Source: an uncultured Acidimicrobiia bacterium (lineage in GTDB: Bacteria > Actinomycetota > Acidimicrobiia > Acidimicrobiales > AC-14). From it: a stretch of 64,000 nt of DNA. The stretch spans positions 128,001 to 192,000 of the forward strand of contig CAWIIV010000006.1 in assembly GCA_963836205.1 (NCBI GenBank), read 5' to 3'. The notes beneath the pieces are model-generated. The model worked only from the letters and a program-made list of their open reading frames with translations. It made no database searches and had not been told where the DNA came from. This document shows, piece after piece, positions 1 through 9,586 of this stretch (position 1 is its first letter; each line of letters begins with the position of its first letter). A program made the translations under genes and the position numbers.

Positions 1-800
1 AACGTGATCGCCGGGAGCATGGCCTCCCGTTCGAGGCGCTCGATCACCTCCGCCCGCCGGGGGGTCTGCAAGGCCGACGACGACCGCCGCTGGGGCCCCC
101 GGTACGACACCGCGTGGGTGACCTTGGCGTCGAGCTTGGTCGCCTCCGGGTTGGGCTTGCCGTCGACGAAGGTGGGCAGGAGCTTGAGCTCGTCGGACTC
201 CCGGTCGCTCACCATGTAGAAGTGGTTGAGTTCCACCGGCCGCCGCTCCTCGATGATGGCGACCGTCGACCCCCGCACCGTCTGGATCCAGTCGGCGAAC
301 TCCTCCGCGTTCGACACCGTCGCCGACAGGCAGACGAGGTCGACCTCGGGGGGCGTGTGAATGATCACTTCCTCCCACACCGGCCCTCGGTACTGGTCCT
401 GCAGGTAGTGGACCTCGTCGAGGACGACGTAGCGCAGCCCGTTCAGGGTCGGAGAGGCGGCGTAGATCATGTTGCGGAGGACCTCGGTGGTCATCACCAC
501 CACGGGGGCGTCGCCGTTGATCGAGTTGTCGCCGGTGAGCAGCCCCACCTTGTCGGCCCCGTGCACCCGTCCGAGATCGTTGAACTTCTGGTTCGACAGA
601 GCCTTCAGGGGCGTGGTGTAGAAGGCCTTGCCCCCCTCGTCGAGGGCCTTGGCCACCGCGTACTCGGCCACCACCGTCTTGCCCGACCCCGTGGGCGCCG
701 CAACCAGGACCGAGTAGCCGCCGTCGAGGGCGTCGAGGGCCCGGACCTGGAAGGCGTCGAGCTCGAACGGCAGCGCGGCCGCGAACTCGTCCCGTTTCAT
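1..800 (-). CDS. helY: DEAD/DEAH-box (Ski2-like) helicase HelY, runs off the window edge
   Basis: Manual translation from ATG at 800: MKRDEFAAALPFELDAFQ...VAAPTGSGKT (Walker A), YTTPLKALSNQK, VVLDEVHYL. Lies downstream of tatC as in other actinobacteria. Confidence 0.85.
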   Translation of the reverse strand, partial: MKRDEFAAALPFELDAFQVRALDALDGGYSVLVAAPTGSGKTVVAEYAVAKALDEGGKAFYTTPLKALSNQKFNDLGRVHGADKVGLLTGDNSINGDAPVVVMTTEVLRNMIYAASPTLNGLRYVVLDEVHYLQDQYRGPVWEEVIIHTPPEVDLVCLSATVSNAEEFADWIQTVRGSTVAIIEERRPVELNHFYMVSDRESDELKLLPTFVDGKPNPEATKLDAKVTHAVSYRGPQRRSSSALQTPRRAEVIERLEREAMLPAIT

Positions 801-824
801 TCCTGCGTGGTCACTTCTTCAACG

Positions 825-1520
825 TCATTTCTTGAGCAGCCGTCCGATGAGAATCGACCCCTCGTAGAACAGGTACATCGGCCCGGCCATGGCGAAGAGC
901 GAGTACGGGTCCTGGCTGGGCGTGATCACCGCCGCCACCGCCACGATGATCACGATCGCCGGCCGCCGCCACGAACGCAGCTTGCGGCTGGTGACCACCC
1001 CCGCCAACTGCAGGAACAGCAGGAGGATGGGGAACTCGAAGGCGATCCCGAAGGCCACCATCATCAGGGTGATCAGGCTGAGGTACTTGCCCGGCGAGAA
1101 CATCGGGTCGACCGAGCTGCCGCCGATGCCGATGAGGAAGCGCAGGGCCTGGGGGAACGTGTACATGGCCACCGCCGCGCCGAGGGCGAAGAGGAGCATC
1201 GAACCCACGATGAAGGGGATGGCGAACTTCTTCTCGTTCTTGTGCAGGCCGGGCGTGATGAACCGCCACAGCTGCCAGAGCACCACCGGCGAGGCGATGA
1301 ACGCGCCGCCCCAGGCCGCCACCTTGAGGCGGGCGGCGAGCCCTTCGAGGGGGTCGAGGATGATGAAGTCGGTCCGACCGGTGATGTCGGTGTAGGGCCT
1401 GATCAGCACGCTGAGGATCTGGTTGAACAGGGCGAAGGCCACCACCGCCCCCACCAGGAGGGCGACCACGGAGATGATCAGCCGGCGGCGAAGCTCGGTG
1501 AGGTGACCGATGAGCGGCAT
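825..1520 (-). CDS. tatC: Twin-arginine translocase subunit TatC
   Basis: MPLIGHLTELRRRL, WRFITPGL, FGIAFEFP and ITPSQDP motifs; multiple TM helices. Confidence 0.95.
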   Translation of the reverse strand: MPLIGHLTELRRRLIISVVALLVGAVVAFALFNQILSVLIRPYTDITGRTDFIILDPLEGLAARLKVAAWGGAFIASPVVLWQLWRFITPGLHKNEKKFAIPFIVGSMLLFALGAAVAMYTFPQALRFLIGIGGSSVDPMFSPGKYLSLITLMMVAFGIAFEFPILLLFLQLAGVVTSRKLRSWRRPAIVIIVAVAAVITPSQDPYSLFAMAGPMYLFYEGSILIGRLLKK

Positions 1521-1574
1521 GCGCTCGGCGTCGTCGGCGATCGGGTCGTCCTCGATGATGGCGATGGGAGTCGC

Positions 1575-2250
1575 CTACAGGCGTGCGGGATCGCCGCTCG
1601 GGGACCCGGACGACCCGCCCGCCGCCTCGATCGCCGACGCGGCCTCGGGGGCCGAGGCGGTCTCGGGGGCCGAGGCGGTCTCGGGGGCCGAGGGTCCGGA
1701 ATCCGGTCGCCGCGGGCGCCTCGGGGGCCGAGGCGGTCTCGGGGGCCGGAACGGTCTCGGTCGCCGCGGGCGCCTCGGGGGCCTGCGCTGTCTCAGCGGC
1801 CGGGGGCGTCTCGGGGACGGACGTCGCGCTGGGCGCGGCGGTTGTCTCGGTCGCCGGCGCCGCCGTGGCGGGCTCGTTGGCGACCTCGGTCGCGCCCGCC
1901 GCGGTCTCTGTGGCCGCGGCGACCGCGGCGTGGTCGGCGATCAGGGCCGGGCCGGCGTCGGGTGCGGTGGTCGGGGACACCACCGTGGAGAGCGACGTCG
2001 GGTCGGTGCGGGTGGCGACCGCGGCCGTGGTGTCGGGTACCGCCACCGGGGCGACCACAGTGGACTTGGGCGGGACCTCGATGTCGACCGCGTCCTTGAT
2101 CTCGGTGGTCACGTCGTGGGTCCAACGACGGACTTCGGCGATGGCCTTGCCGACCTGGCGGCCCGCCTCCGGCAACCGCTTCGGACCGAGGACGATCAGG
2201 GCGACGACCAGGATGACCAGGATCTCCGCCGGTCCCAGATTGGTCGGCAT
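1575..2250 (-). CDS. tatB: TatA/TatB-family subunit with long Ala/Pro/Thr tail, apparent frameshift near 1700
   Basis: NLGPAEILVILVVALIVLGPKRLPEAGRQVGK. The APETAS repeats continue in another frame after about 1700 and end at TAG 1575-1577. Confidence 0.8.
1643..1800. repeat. Imperfect 18-bp coding tandem repeat (APETAS) in tatB tail
   Basis: Several copies of GGGGGCCGAGGCGGTCTC and variants. Confidence 0.75.
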
Positions 2251-2259
2251 GGGTTGAGT

Positions 2260-2463
2260 CTACTGAGGGGGTACGTCTTCACTGGCCGCCCGTTGGGCCG
2301 CCAGCTCGTCGCGGAGCTTGGTGATGCCGATCCCGACCTCGCTCAGCTCCTGCATGCTCTTGACCAGCGTCCCCACCGACCGGCCCACCTGGCGGACCGC
2401 CTTCAGCACGAACAGCAGGGCGATGATCGCGACGGGGACGACGATCCACCAGACACCGGACAT
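2260..2463 (-). CDS. Small single-TM hypothetical protein, first gene of tat operon
   Basis: 67 aa with an N-terminal hydrophobic helix and an amphipathic tail. TAGAAT lies 6 nt upstream of the ATG (leaderless pattern). Confidence 0.65.
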   Translation of the reverse strand: MSGVWWIVVPVAIIALLFVLKAVRQVGRSVGTLVKSMQELSEVGIGITKLRDELAAQRAASEDVPPQ

Positions 2464-2532
2464 GCCCGAATTCTACCGACTTCGCCTGGGATACGGTCCG
2501 GCGACGCCCGGCTCCCGAGAAAACCCCCGCCG

Positions 2533-3249
2533 ATGCCCGAATCCCTGCGCCACCCACCGATCGCCTTCGCCCACCGGGGCGGGCGGGCCCATGCCCCCGA
2601 GAACACTCTGGAGGCGTTCCGGCTGGGCCTACGCCTGGGGGCGACGGGGCTGGAGAGCGACGTGTGGCTCACCGCCGACGGGGTCCCCGTGCTCGACCAC
2701 GACGGCCTGGTGCGGGCCCGGCGCCTGGGCCGGCTGCGAAGCGTCCCCATCTCGGCCGTGGCCCGAGCGGATCTGCCCGCCCACGTGCCCACCCTGGCCG
2801 AGCTGTACGCCGAGTGCGGGACCGACTTCGAGCTCTCCCTCGACGCCAAGGACCAGACGGCGGCTGAGGCGGTGGTGGCGACGGCCCGGGCCGCGGGCGA
2901 CGGCGCCCACGAGCGGCTGTGGATCTGCCACCCCGACTGGCAGCTGCTCGCCGGCTGGCGGGAGGACCCCGACTTCGCGGGCGTCCATCTGGTCAACAGC
3001 ACCCGCCTCAAGGAGATGCGCCAGGGTGCGGAGCGGCGGGCGGCGCAGCTCGCGGACGCGGGCATCGACGCCGTCAACCTCCACTACAGCGACTGGTCGG
3101 GGGGCAAGACCGTCCTCTTCCACCGCTTCGGTCGCTACGCCTTCGGCTGGGACGCGCAGCACGAGCGCATCATCCGCGACCTCGTCCGCATGGGGATCGA
3201 CGGCATCTTCGGCGACCACGTCGACCGCCTGGTGGACGCCATGCGCTAG
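2533..3249 (+). CDS. Glycerophosphodiester phosphodiesterase family protein
   Basis: FAHRGGRAHAPENTLEAF, GLESDVWLTADGVPVLDHD, GIDGIFGD. Confidence 0.9.
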   Translation: MPESLRHPPIAFAHRGGRAHAPENTLEAFRLGLRLGATGLESDVWLTADGVPVLDHDGLVRARRLGRLRSVPISAVARADLPAHVPTLAELYAECGTDFELSLDAKDQTAAEAVVATARAAGDGAHERLWICHPDWQLLAGWREDPDFAGVHLVNSTRLKEMRQGAERRAAQLADAGIDAVNLHYSDWSGGKTVLFHRFGRYAFGWDAQHERIIRDLVRMGIDGIFGDHVDRLVDAMR

Positions 3250-3590
3250 CCGCCCGCAGACGCTCCACTGGCGAAGACGATGGTGAACACCTGGTCGAGC
3301 CCGGAGATGTTCAACACCCGGGTGGCCGAGGGCGTCGGCGAGCGCAGGACGACGTCGCCCCCGCGTCCGCGGCAGTGCTTGAGGGCGATGACGAACTCCG
3401 ACAGCCCGGTGGAATCCACGAACGCCAGCTCGCTCAGGTCGAGAACCAGCGAGCTGGCACCGTCGTGGTAGAGGCGGCACAGCGCCTGACGGAGGACGTC
3501 GGCGCTCGACACGTCGAGCTCGCCGACCAGGTGCACGGTGGCGTCGCGCCCGTCGGCGGCGATTCTGAGCTCCAGCGGCCCCGCATCCAT
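3246..3590 (-). CDS. STAS-domain anti-sigma factor antagonist
   Basis: VGELDVSSA, LDLSELAFVDSTGL (phospho-acceptor Ser motif), ISGLDQVF. Confidence 0.9.
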   Translation of the reverse strand: MDAGPLELRIAADGRDATVHLVGELDVSSADVLRQALCRLYHDGASSLVLDLSELAFVDSTGLSEFVIALKHCRGRGGDVVLRSPTPSATRVLNISGLDQVFTIVFASGASAGG

Positions 3591-3678
3591 CCGGGACTCC
3601 TCGGTCGGGGGGATGGGACTGGCGTCCCGCAGCTGAGCCTTCAACCGACTGGGATCCTACAACCGCCGAGCGCGATTT

Positions 3679-5232
3679 TCAGGGGCCAACCTCCGAGTGC
3701 CGCACCTCGTCGCGCGCCGCCACCCGGACGATCTTGTTGACCGCCGACAGGTAGGCCCGGGCCGACGCCTCGACCACGTCGGTGGACACTCCCCGTCCGG
3801 AAACGCGGATGCCGTCCGCCTCGACCTGCACGATCACGTCGCCGAGGGCGTCGACGCCACCGGTCACCGACGACACGTTGAAGTCGGTGAGCTTGCCGTC
3901 GATGCCGGTGGCGGCCTTGATGGCCTGGCAGGCGGCGTCGATCATCCCGTCGCCTTCGGCCTGGGCCTCGACCTTCTCCCCGTCCCGGATGACCACCACC
4001 CGGGCCCGGGGGATGCCGACCGTCCCCCCGGCCACCTCGAGCGACTCGAGGGTGAAGGCGGGCGCCTGGCTGGTGCCCAGCTCCTCGGCCACGATCGCCT
4101 CCAGGTCGGCGTCGGTGAGCTGGACCTTGCGGTCGGCCAGCTCCTTGAACCGGGTGAAGGCGGAGTTGAGCGCCTCCCCGCTGATGGTGATGCCCATCTT
4201 GGCCAGGGTGTCGGAGAAGGCGTGGCGTCCCGAGTGCTTGCCCAGGACGATCTGGCTGCCGACCTGACCGACCGCGGCGGCGTCGATGATCTCGTAGGTG
4301 GAGCGCTCGGCCAGCACGCCGTGCTGGTGGATACCCGACTCGTGGGCGAAGGCGTTCCGGCCCACGACGGCCTTGTTGTACTGCAACGGGTAGCCGGTGA
4401 GGCGGCTGACCAGGCGGCTCGTGCGGGCCAGCTCCTCGGTGTGCACACCCACCTCGACGCCGGGGAACTGGTCGGCCCGGGTCTTCAGCGCCATCACCAC
4501 TTCCTCCAGGGCGGCGTTGCCGGCCCGCTCCCCCAGGCCGTTGACGCACACCTCCACCTGGCGGGCGCCCGCCTGCACCCCGGCCAGGGAGTTGGCGGTG
4601 GCCAGGCCCAGGTCGTTGTGGCAGTGGACGGACGTCACGTAGTCGCCCTTGACCTCCCGGCGCACGTATTGGATCAGGGCCCCGAAGTCCCACGGGATGC
4701 CGTAGCCGACGGTGTCGGGGATGTTCAGGGTGGTGGCACCGGACTCGACCGCCGCCTGCAGCACCTCCAGCATGAAGTCGAGGGGTGTGCGGGTGGCGTC
4801 CTGGGGGCTGAACTCGACGTCGTCGGTGTGCTCCCGGGCCCGGGCCACTCCGGAGCGGATGGCCGCCAGCACCTGGGTCTGGTCCATCTTGAGCATGTGC
4901 TCGAGGTGTTGGGGGCTGGTGGAGATGAACACGTGGATGCGGCCCCGGTCGGCGTCGCGCAGGGCGTCCCAGCAGCGGTCGACGTCGGTGACCTGGGTGC
5001 GGGAAAGTCCGGCGATCACGGGCCCATGGACGGTGCGGGCGATGCCCCGGACGGCCTCGAAATCACCCTGGCTGGCGACGGGGAACCCGGCCTCGATGTA
5101 GTCGACGTTGAGGCGGGCCAGCTGCTCCGCGATCTCGAGCTTCTCGGCCGCGTCGAGGGAGATCCCGGGCGACTGCTCGCCGTCCCGAAGGGTAGTGTCG
5201 AAGATGATCAGCCGGTCGGGGTCAGGGTTCAT
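3679..5232 (-). CDS. leuA: 2-isopropylmalate synthase
   Basis: [39 protein letters not shown]; C-terminal regulatory domain. Confidence 0.97.
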   Translation of the reverse strand: MNPDPDRLIIFDTTLRDGEQSPGISLDAAEKLEIAEQLARLNVDYIEAGFPVASQGDFEAVRGIARTVHGPVIAGLSRTQVTDVDRCWDALRDADRGRIHVFISTSPQHLEHMLKMDQTQVLAAIRSGVARAREHTDDVEFSPQDATRTPLDFMLEVLQAAVESGATTLNIPDTVGYGIPWDFGALIQYVRREVKGDYVTSVHCHNDLGLATANSLAGVQAGARQVEVCVNGLGERAGNAALEEVVMALKTRADQFPGVEVGVHTEELARTSRLVSRLTGYPLQYNKAVVGRNAFAHESGIHQHGVLAERSTYEIIDAAAVGQVGSQIVLGKHSGRHAFSDTLAKMGITISGEALNSAFTRFKELADRKVQLTDADLEAIVAEELGTSQAPAFTLESLEVAGGTVGIPRARVVVIRDGEKVEAQAEGDGMIDAACQAIKAATGIDGKLTDFNVSSVTGGVDALGDVIVQVEADGIRVSGRGVSTDVVEASARAYLSAVNKIVRVAARDEVRHSEVGP

Positions 5233-5269
5233 TGCCGGAATCCTTCCTGATGCGCAAATACTCTGGGGC

Positions 5270-5306
5270 AAAGAAAAAACCTCCCGGCCCGGAGGCACGA
5301 GAGGTT
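5270..5306 (-). terminator. Attenuator terminator upstream of leuA
   Basis: mRNA reads AACCUCUCG-UGCCUCCGGGC-CGGGAGGUU followed by UUUUCUUU. Confidence 0.85.
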
Positions 5307-5330
5307 CGGCGAGCGCGGTGGCGCTCGCCG

Positions 5331-5372
5331 CTAGGTAAGGAGCAGGTCGGTGGCGAAGGTGGTACGTGACAT
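5331..5372 (-). CDS. Leucine leader peptide MSRTTFATDLLLT
   Basis: 13-codon ORF with tandem CTG CTC CTT Leu codons, followed by a GC hairpin (CGGCGAGCGC/GCGCTCGCCG) and a U-tailed terminator directly upstream of leuA. Confidence 0.85.
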   Translation of the reverse strand: MSRTTFATDLLLT

Positions 5373-5444
5373 CTCGCCCGAGAATGACAGCCTGCTCGCC
5401 ACCCGTCAAGTGGGGGCCGAGATCGAGATGAGGGACCACACACC

Positions 5445-6473
5445 ATGAAGCCTGTTCGCACCGGACTGGTCGCGGGGCTGCTCGCAGGAGCGGCCGGCGC
5501 CGCCAACAAGCTCGTCGGGGACTGGCGGGAGGGCGGCGACGGCTCGCCCAAAGTCCTGACGGGCGCCAACGGCAAGGCGCCGGCCAAGGTCGCCGGCCTC
5601 ACCGACTCGGTCGGCGCCATGAGGGCCCGCCGGGCCGCGAAACGGGCGGAGGCCAACCGTCCCCCGTGGGTCGTGGCGCCGGCACCGGCCGCACCCGCCA
5701 TCGCCGCCGCGCCCGCGCGACCGGCCCCGGCCCCCGCCCCGGCGCGCAGGCTGCCCAGCCTCGACCAGCTCCGGCCGCCGTCGGCCAAGTCGGTCGGCGC
5801 CAGCGTCGGCAAGTACGCGGTCAAGCAGGCGGGCAAGGCCATCACCAAGGCCGCCGCCGACCGGGTGGGCAAGGCCATCGAGGTCATCGAGGTGCTGGAG
5901 AAGGTGGTGGCATCGGCCGCGGCCGAGTCGGCGGCGAAGCCCGACCTGACGCCGTCGGGTCCGGGGGCAGGGGCGATGGCGAGGAACCTGCCGCCGGCCG
6001 CGAACGTGGTGTCGGTGCCCGTCCGCCCGGGCCCGGCCGACGTTCCGTCCACCGCCACCCCGGGTCCGGAGGCGGCGGCCGAGGTTGTCGCCCCGGCCTC
6101 GCCGCCGGAGGTGCCGAAGCCCAGGGGCACGCTGGTGTCGGTGCGCAAGTTCGAGCGGGGCCCGCGGGTGGTCGTCGGCCCCGGGGTGAAGCCGAATGAA
6201 CCGGAGCCCGCCGCGCCCGAGTCGGCGGGCGAGGTGGCGGTGGCGGAGGCGGTGGAGGCCGTCGTCGAGGCGATGGAGGCGACCGTCACCGATGCCGCAC
6301 CTGCGACACCAGCCAAGGCGAAGCCGAAGTCGAAGGCGGCGGCGAAGCCCAGGGCGGCGGCGAAGCCCAAGGTGGCCGCGCCCAGGAAGGCGGCGGCCAA
6401 GCGGGCACCGGTCAAGCCCAAGTCCGACGCTCCGACGGAGGCGAGGGCACCGGGCGGTGACACCACCACCTGA
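5445..6473 (+). CDS. Ala/Pro/Lys-rich hypothetical protein with histone H1-like tail
   Basis: 342-aa ORF with GC-ending codons and GAGGGA upstream. Tail reads AKAKPKSKAAAKPRAAAKPK. Confidence 0.6.
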   Translation: MKPVRTGLVAGLLAGAAGAANKLVGDWREGGDGSPKVLTGANGKAPAKVAGLTDSVGAMRARRAAKRAEANRPPWVVAPAPAAPAIAAAPARPAPAPAPARRLPSLDQLRPPSAKSVGASVGKYAVKQAGKAITKAAADRVGKAIEVIEVLEKVVASAAAESAAKPDLTPSGPGAGAMARNLPPAANVVSVPVRPGPADVPSTATPGPEAAAEVVAPASPPEVPKPRGTLVSVRKFERGPRVVVGPGVKPNEPEPAAPESAGEVAVAEAVEAVVEAMEATVTDAAPATPAKAKPKSKAAAKPRAAAKPKVAAPRKAAAKRAPVKPKSDAPTEARAPGGDTTT

Positions 6474-6502
6474 CGGGCCGGCGGTCGACGTCGCGATAGT
6501 TC

Positions 6503-6543
6503 GTTGTGCAGTTACGTCGGTATATCCCACATAACTGCACAAC
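6503..6543. repeat. Intergenic palindrome (REP-like, or bidirectional terminator)
   Basis: GTTGTGCAGTTAcGT...ACaTAACTGCACAAC between convergent genes. Confidence 0.7.
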
Positions 6544-6637
6544 CAACGCGAAGGCGGCGGCGGTCGACTTGGAGGCGATTGCGGCGGCGGCGGGATCGGT
6601 GGCGGCGGTCGACGTGGAGATGCGGCGGCGGGCGGCG

Positions 6638-6847
6638 TCAGCCCCGGGCGGGGAGACGGCGGCGGTCGCGGTACTCCCAGCAGGCGAAATGCCAGTGGCG
6701 GCGGAGGTCGGGGGACTCCAGGGGCACGACTACCAGGTGGCCCATCCCCTCCGCGATCACCTGGTTGCAGCCGGGGCAGAGGTACGCCTTGCGGGCCTGG
6801 TAGGGCTGGATGCGGCGGACCTCGACCTCGTCCTGCACGTCGCTCAA
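6638..6847 (-). CDS. Small conserved actinobacterial Cys/His (probable Zn-binding) protein
   Basis: TTG overlaps the serA stop. KAYLCPGCNQVI..G.GHLVVVP...RRHWHFACW. Confidence 0.75.
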   Translation of the reverse strand: MSDVQDEVEVRRIQPYQARKAYLCPGCNQVIAEGMGHLVVVPLESPDLRRHWHFACWEYRDRRRLPARG

Positions 6848-8412
6848 CCTGAGCTGAGGGCGTGCACCTGGATGATCCCGGGTTGGGCCCGCAGGTCGTC
6901 CAACACCTCGGCCGGCAGGGGCCGGTTGGTGGACAGCACCATGAGGGCGGCCTCGCCCGAGGGAGCCACGCCCACGTCCATGTCGGAGATGTTGACGCCG
7001 GCGCGGCCCACGGTCATGCCGACCAGGCCGATCATCCCCGGCCGGTCGTCGTTGCGGACGACGACCATGTTGCTCGACGGCGGGATGTCGACGGTGTGGT
7101 CGTCGACCATCACCAACCGGGCCTCGTCCCGCAGCCCGAAGAGGGTGCCGGCCAGCCCGTGGTCGTCGCCGTGGAGGGAGATGAGGTTGACGTACTCCTG
7201 GGCCTCGGTGGTCTTGGACTCCCGCACCACCACGCCCCGCTCGGCGGCCAGTTGGGGGGCGTTGACGTACGACACCGGCTCCTCGCTTCCCGCCCCCAAC
7301 AGCCCCTTGAGGACGGCCAGGGTGAGGATGCGGGTGTCGTAGTCGGCCAGGTGGCCCTGGAACTCGACCTCCAGCGTCGCCGGCACCCCGTCGTTCAACG
7401 AGGCGAACAGCCCTCCCAGCCGCTCGGCCAGCGGGAGGAACGGTCGCACCGTCTCCGACGCCTCGGTCGCGCTCACGTTGACCGCGTAGGGCACGAACCC
7501 GCCGCTCAGGGCCAGCTGCACCTGCTCGGCGATGGTCTCCCCCGCCTTGTCCTGCGCCTCCCGGGTGCTCGCCCCCAGGTGGGGGGTGACGACCACCGCG
7601 TCCAGCTCGAAGAGGGGCGAGACGGTGGTGGGCTCCTTGTCGAACACGTCGAGGGCGGCCCCCCCGATCTGCCCTGAGCGCAGGGCGGCGTCGAGGGCGG
7701 CCTCGTCGAGGATGCCGCCCCGGGCGGTGTTGACGATGCGCAGCCCGGGCCGGGCCCGCGACAGCATGTGCTCGCCCAGCAGCCCGATGGTGTCCTTGGT
7801 GCGGGGCAGGTGGATGGTCACGAAGTGCGAGACCTCCATGAGCTCCTCCAGGCTGACCAGGTCGACGCCCATCTGCCGGGCCCGGTCGGCGGAGACGAAG
7901 GGGTCGTAGGCCACCAGCCGCATCCCGAAGGCCGACGCCCGCTGCGCCACCAACGCCCCCACCCGCCCGAGCCCGACCACGCCCAGGACCTTGCCGTGCA
8001 GCTCGATGCCCTCCCACCGGATCCGCTCCCACTTCCCGGCCTTCAGGGCGGCGTTGGCCTGGGGAACGTTGCGGGCCATGGAGAGGAGCAGGGCCATGGC
8101 GTGCTCCGCCGCCGACAGCACGTTGGACTGGGGCGCATTCACCACCATCACGCCTCGCCGGGTGGCGGCGCCGACGTCGACGTTGTCGAGGCCGATCCCG
8201 GCCCGGCCCACGACCGCCAGGTCGGTGCCGGCTTCGAGGATGTCGGCCGTGACCTGGGTCTCGGAGCGGATGATGAGGGCGGCCGCCCCCTTCACCGCCA
8301 CCGCCAGATCGGCGGGCGTGAGGCCGAGGCGGATGTCGACCTCGTGCCCCGCCTCCCGGAGCCGGGCCAGGCCACGTTCGGAGATGGTTTCGCTGACGAG
8401 CACTCGGGCCAT
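6844..8412 (-). CDS. serA: D-3-phosphoglycerate dehydrogenase
   Basis: VGRAGIGLDNVD, GVVGLGRVG, NTARGGI, TPHLGAST; C-terminal ACT domain (DRPGMIG). Confidence 0.96.
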   Translation of the reverse strand: MARVLVSETISERGLARLREAGHEVDIRLGLTPADLAVAVKGAAALIIRSETQVTADILEAGTDLAVVGRAGIGLDNVDVGAATRRGVMVVNAPQSNVLSAAEHAMALLLSMARNVPQANAALKAGKWERIRWEGIELHGKVLGVVGLGRVGALVAQRASAFGMRLVAYDPFVSADRARQMGVDLVSLEELMEVSHFVTIHLPRTKDTIGLLGEHMLSRARPGLRIVNTARGGILDEAALDAALRSGQIGGAALDVFDKEPTTVSPLFELDAVVVTPHLGASTREAQDKAGETIAEQVQLALSGGFVPYAVNVSATEASETVRPFLPLAERLGGLFASLNDGVPATLEVEFQGHLADYDTRILTLAVLKGLLGAGSEEPVSYVNAPQLAAERGVVVRESKTTEAQEYVNLISLHGDDHGLAGTLFGLRDEARLVMVDDHTVDIPPSSNMVVVRNDDRPGMIGLVGMTVGRAGVNISDMDVGVAPSGEAALMVLSTNRPLPAEVLDDLRAQPGIIQVHALSSG

Positions 8413-8556
8413 CCGGCCATGGTCGCCCATGCCGGGGCCGGAGGCCAAAGCGGTTTCCCGTCCCGTCTCATCCCCGGCCCCCACTCGGTCCGAATACCTC
8501 GCGGGGACGGCACCGGCCGCCGGCCCTCTTTCGTCCACCGACCGAGGAGCAAGCCC

Positions 8557-9441
8557 ATGAGGAAGCGCCATCTACTGGTCGCCATCGCCGCATCCGCCGC
8601 CGCCGTCAGCCTGGTGCTGCCCGCCTCCGGGGCGGCCGCCCAGGCATCGGGCACCACCCTGCACGGCCTGACCACGACCAACCGGATCGTGACCCTGAAC
8701 ACCGCCTTCCCGCTGTTCGCGACCGGCGACGTGGCCGTCTCCGGGCTGGCCCCGGGCGAGCAGCTGATCGGGATCGACCGCCGACCCAAGACAGGCGTCG
8801 TCTACGGCGTCGGCAAGTTGGGGACGGTCGGTCGGCTCTACACCGTCGACCCCGCCTCAGGCGTGGCCACGCTCGTCGCCTCCCTGGTCGCCGCCCCCAC
8901 CGCCGCCAGCCCGCGCGGCGGCCCCGTCGCCCTGTCCGGTACCGAGTTCGGGTTCGACTTCAACCCCATGGCCGACGCCCTGCGGATCGTCAGTGACACC
9001 GGACAGAACCTGCGGGTCATCCCGTCCGACCGGATGCCGGCGACCGGCCCTGCCCTCCTCACGGGCGACACCTTCACCGACGCCGCCCTCAACGCCGACG
9101 CCACCCCGGCCACCGGCGTCAGCGCCGCCGCCTACACCAACAACGTGGCGGCTGCCGCGTCGACGGTGCTCTACGACATCGACACCCGCCGGGACGTGCT
9201 GGTGCAGCAGACCCCGCCCAACGCGGGCACGCTCGTCACCGTCGGCTCGTTGCGGTTCCCGGCCGGGTCGGTGGCCGGCTTCGACATCGTCACCGCCAAC
9301 GGGGCGGACACCGGCTACGCCGCCCTGACCCTGACCGGGCAGCCGTTCACCTTCCTGGCCGGGATCGACCTGGCGACCGGGCGAGCCCGGATCACAGGGG
9401 TCGCGGCCTTCCCGCAGACGCTCCGGGGCCTGACCGCCTGA
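8557..9441 (+). CDS. Secreted DUF4394-type protein
   Basis: Signal peptide; GIDRRP, GFDFNP.ADALRIVSD.GQNLRV, AAAYTN and LYDID motifs; GAGGAG RBS. Confidence 0.8.
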   Translation: MRKRHLLVAIAASAAAVSLVLPASGAAAQASGTTLHGLTTTNRIVTLNTAFPLFATGDVAVSGLAPGEQLIGIDRRPKTGVVYGVGKLGTVGRLYTVDPASGVATLVASLVAAPTAASPRGGPVALSGTEFGFDFNPMADALRIVSDTGQNLRVIPSDRMPATGPALLTGDTFTDAALNADATPATGVSAAAYTNNVAAAASTVLYDIDTRRDVLVQQTPPNAGTLVTVGSLRFPAGSVAGFDIVTANGADTGYAALTLTGQPFTFLAGIDLATGRARITGVAAFPQTLRGLTA

Positions 9442-9454
9442 GGCCGTCTGACGA

Positions 9455-9496
9455 ACCGGGGCCTACGGCGCCTTGAGCCGTAGGCCCCGGTCGTTT
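9455..9496 (+). terminator. Intrinsic terminator-like hairpin
   Basis: Perfect 15-bp stem ACCGGGGCCTACGGC/GCCGTAGGCCCCGGT followed by CGTTT. Confidence 0.75.
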
Positions 9497-9586
9497 GCAA
9501 GACCCGGTGCGCCGACCGCTCGGTTTCGCGTATCAAGCCCGCGCCCCGGCGCTCTTCGTAGATAGGCGAACGGACGGAGGACGGCG

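Noticed and set aside
114-2099. 661-aa plus-strand ORF, and similar long ORFs such as 10547-13621, 16030-18438, 41082-43385 and 51246-53138
   Set aside because: Antisense or off-frame shadows of recognised genes, expected at this GC content; no motifs.
811-2250. 479-aa TatB overlapping all of tatC
   Set aside because: Arises from a frame break near 1700; the downstream translation is off-frame and Arg-rich.
5233-5439. N-terminal extension of LeuA in the ORF track
   Set aside because: Runs through the leader peptide and terminator; homology begins at ATG 5232.
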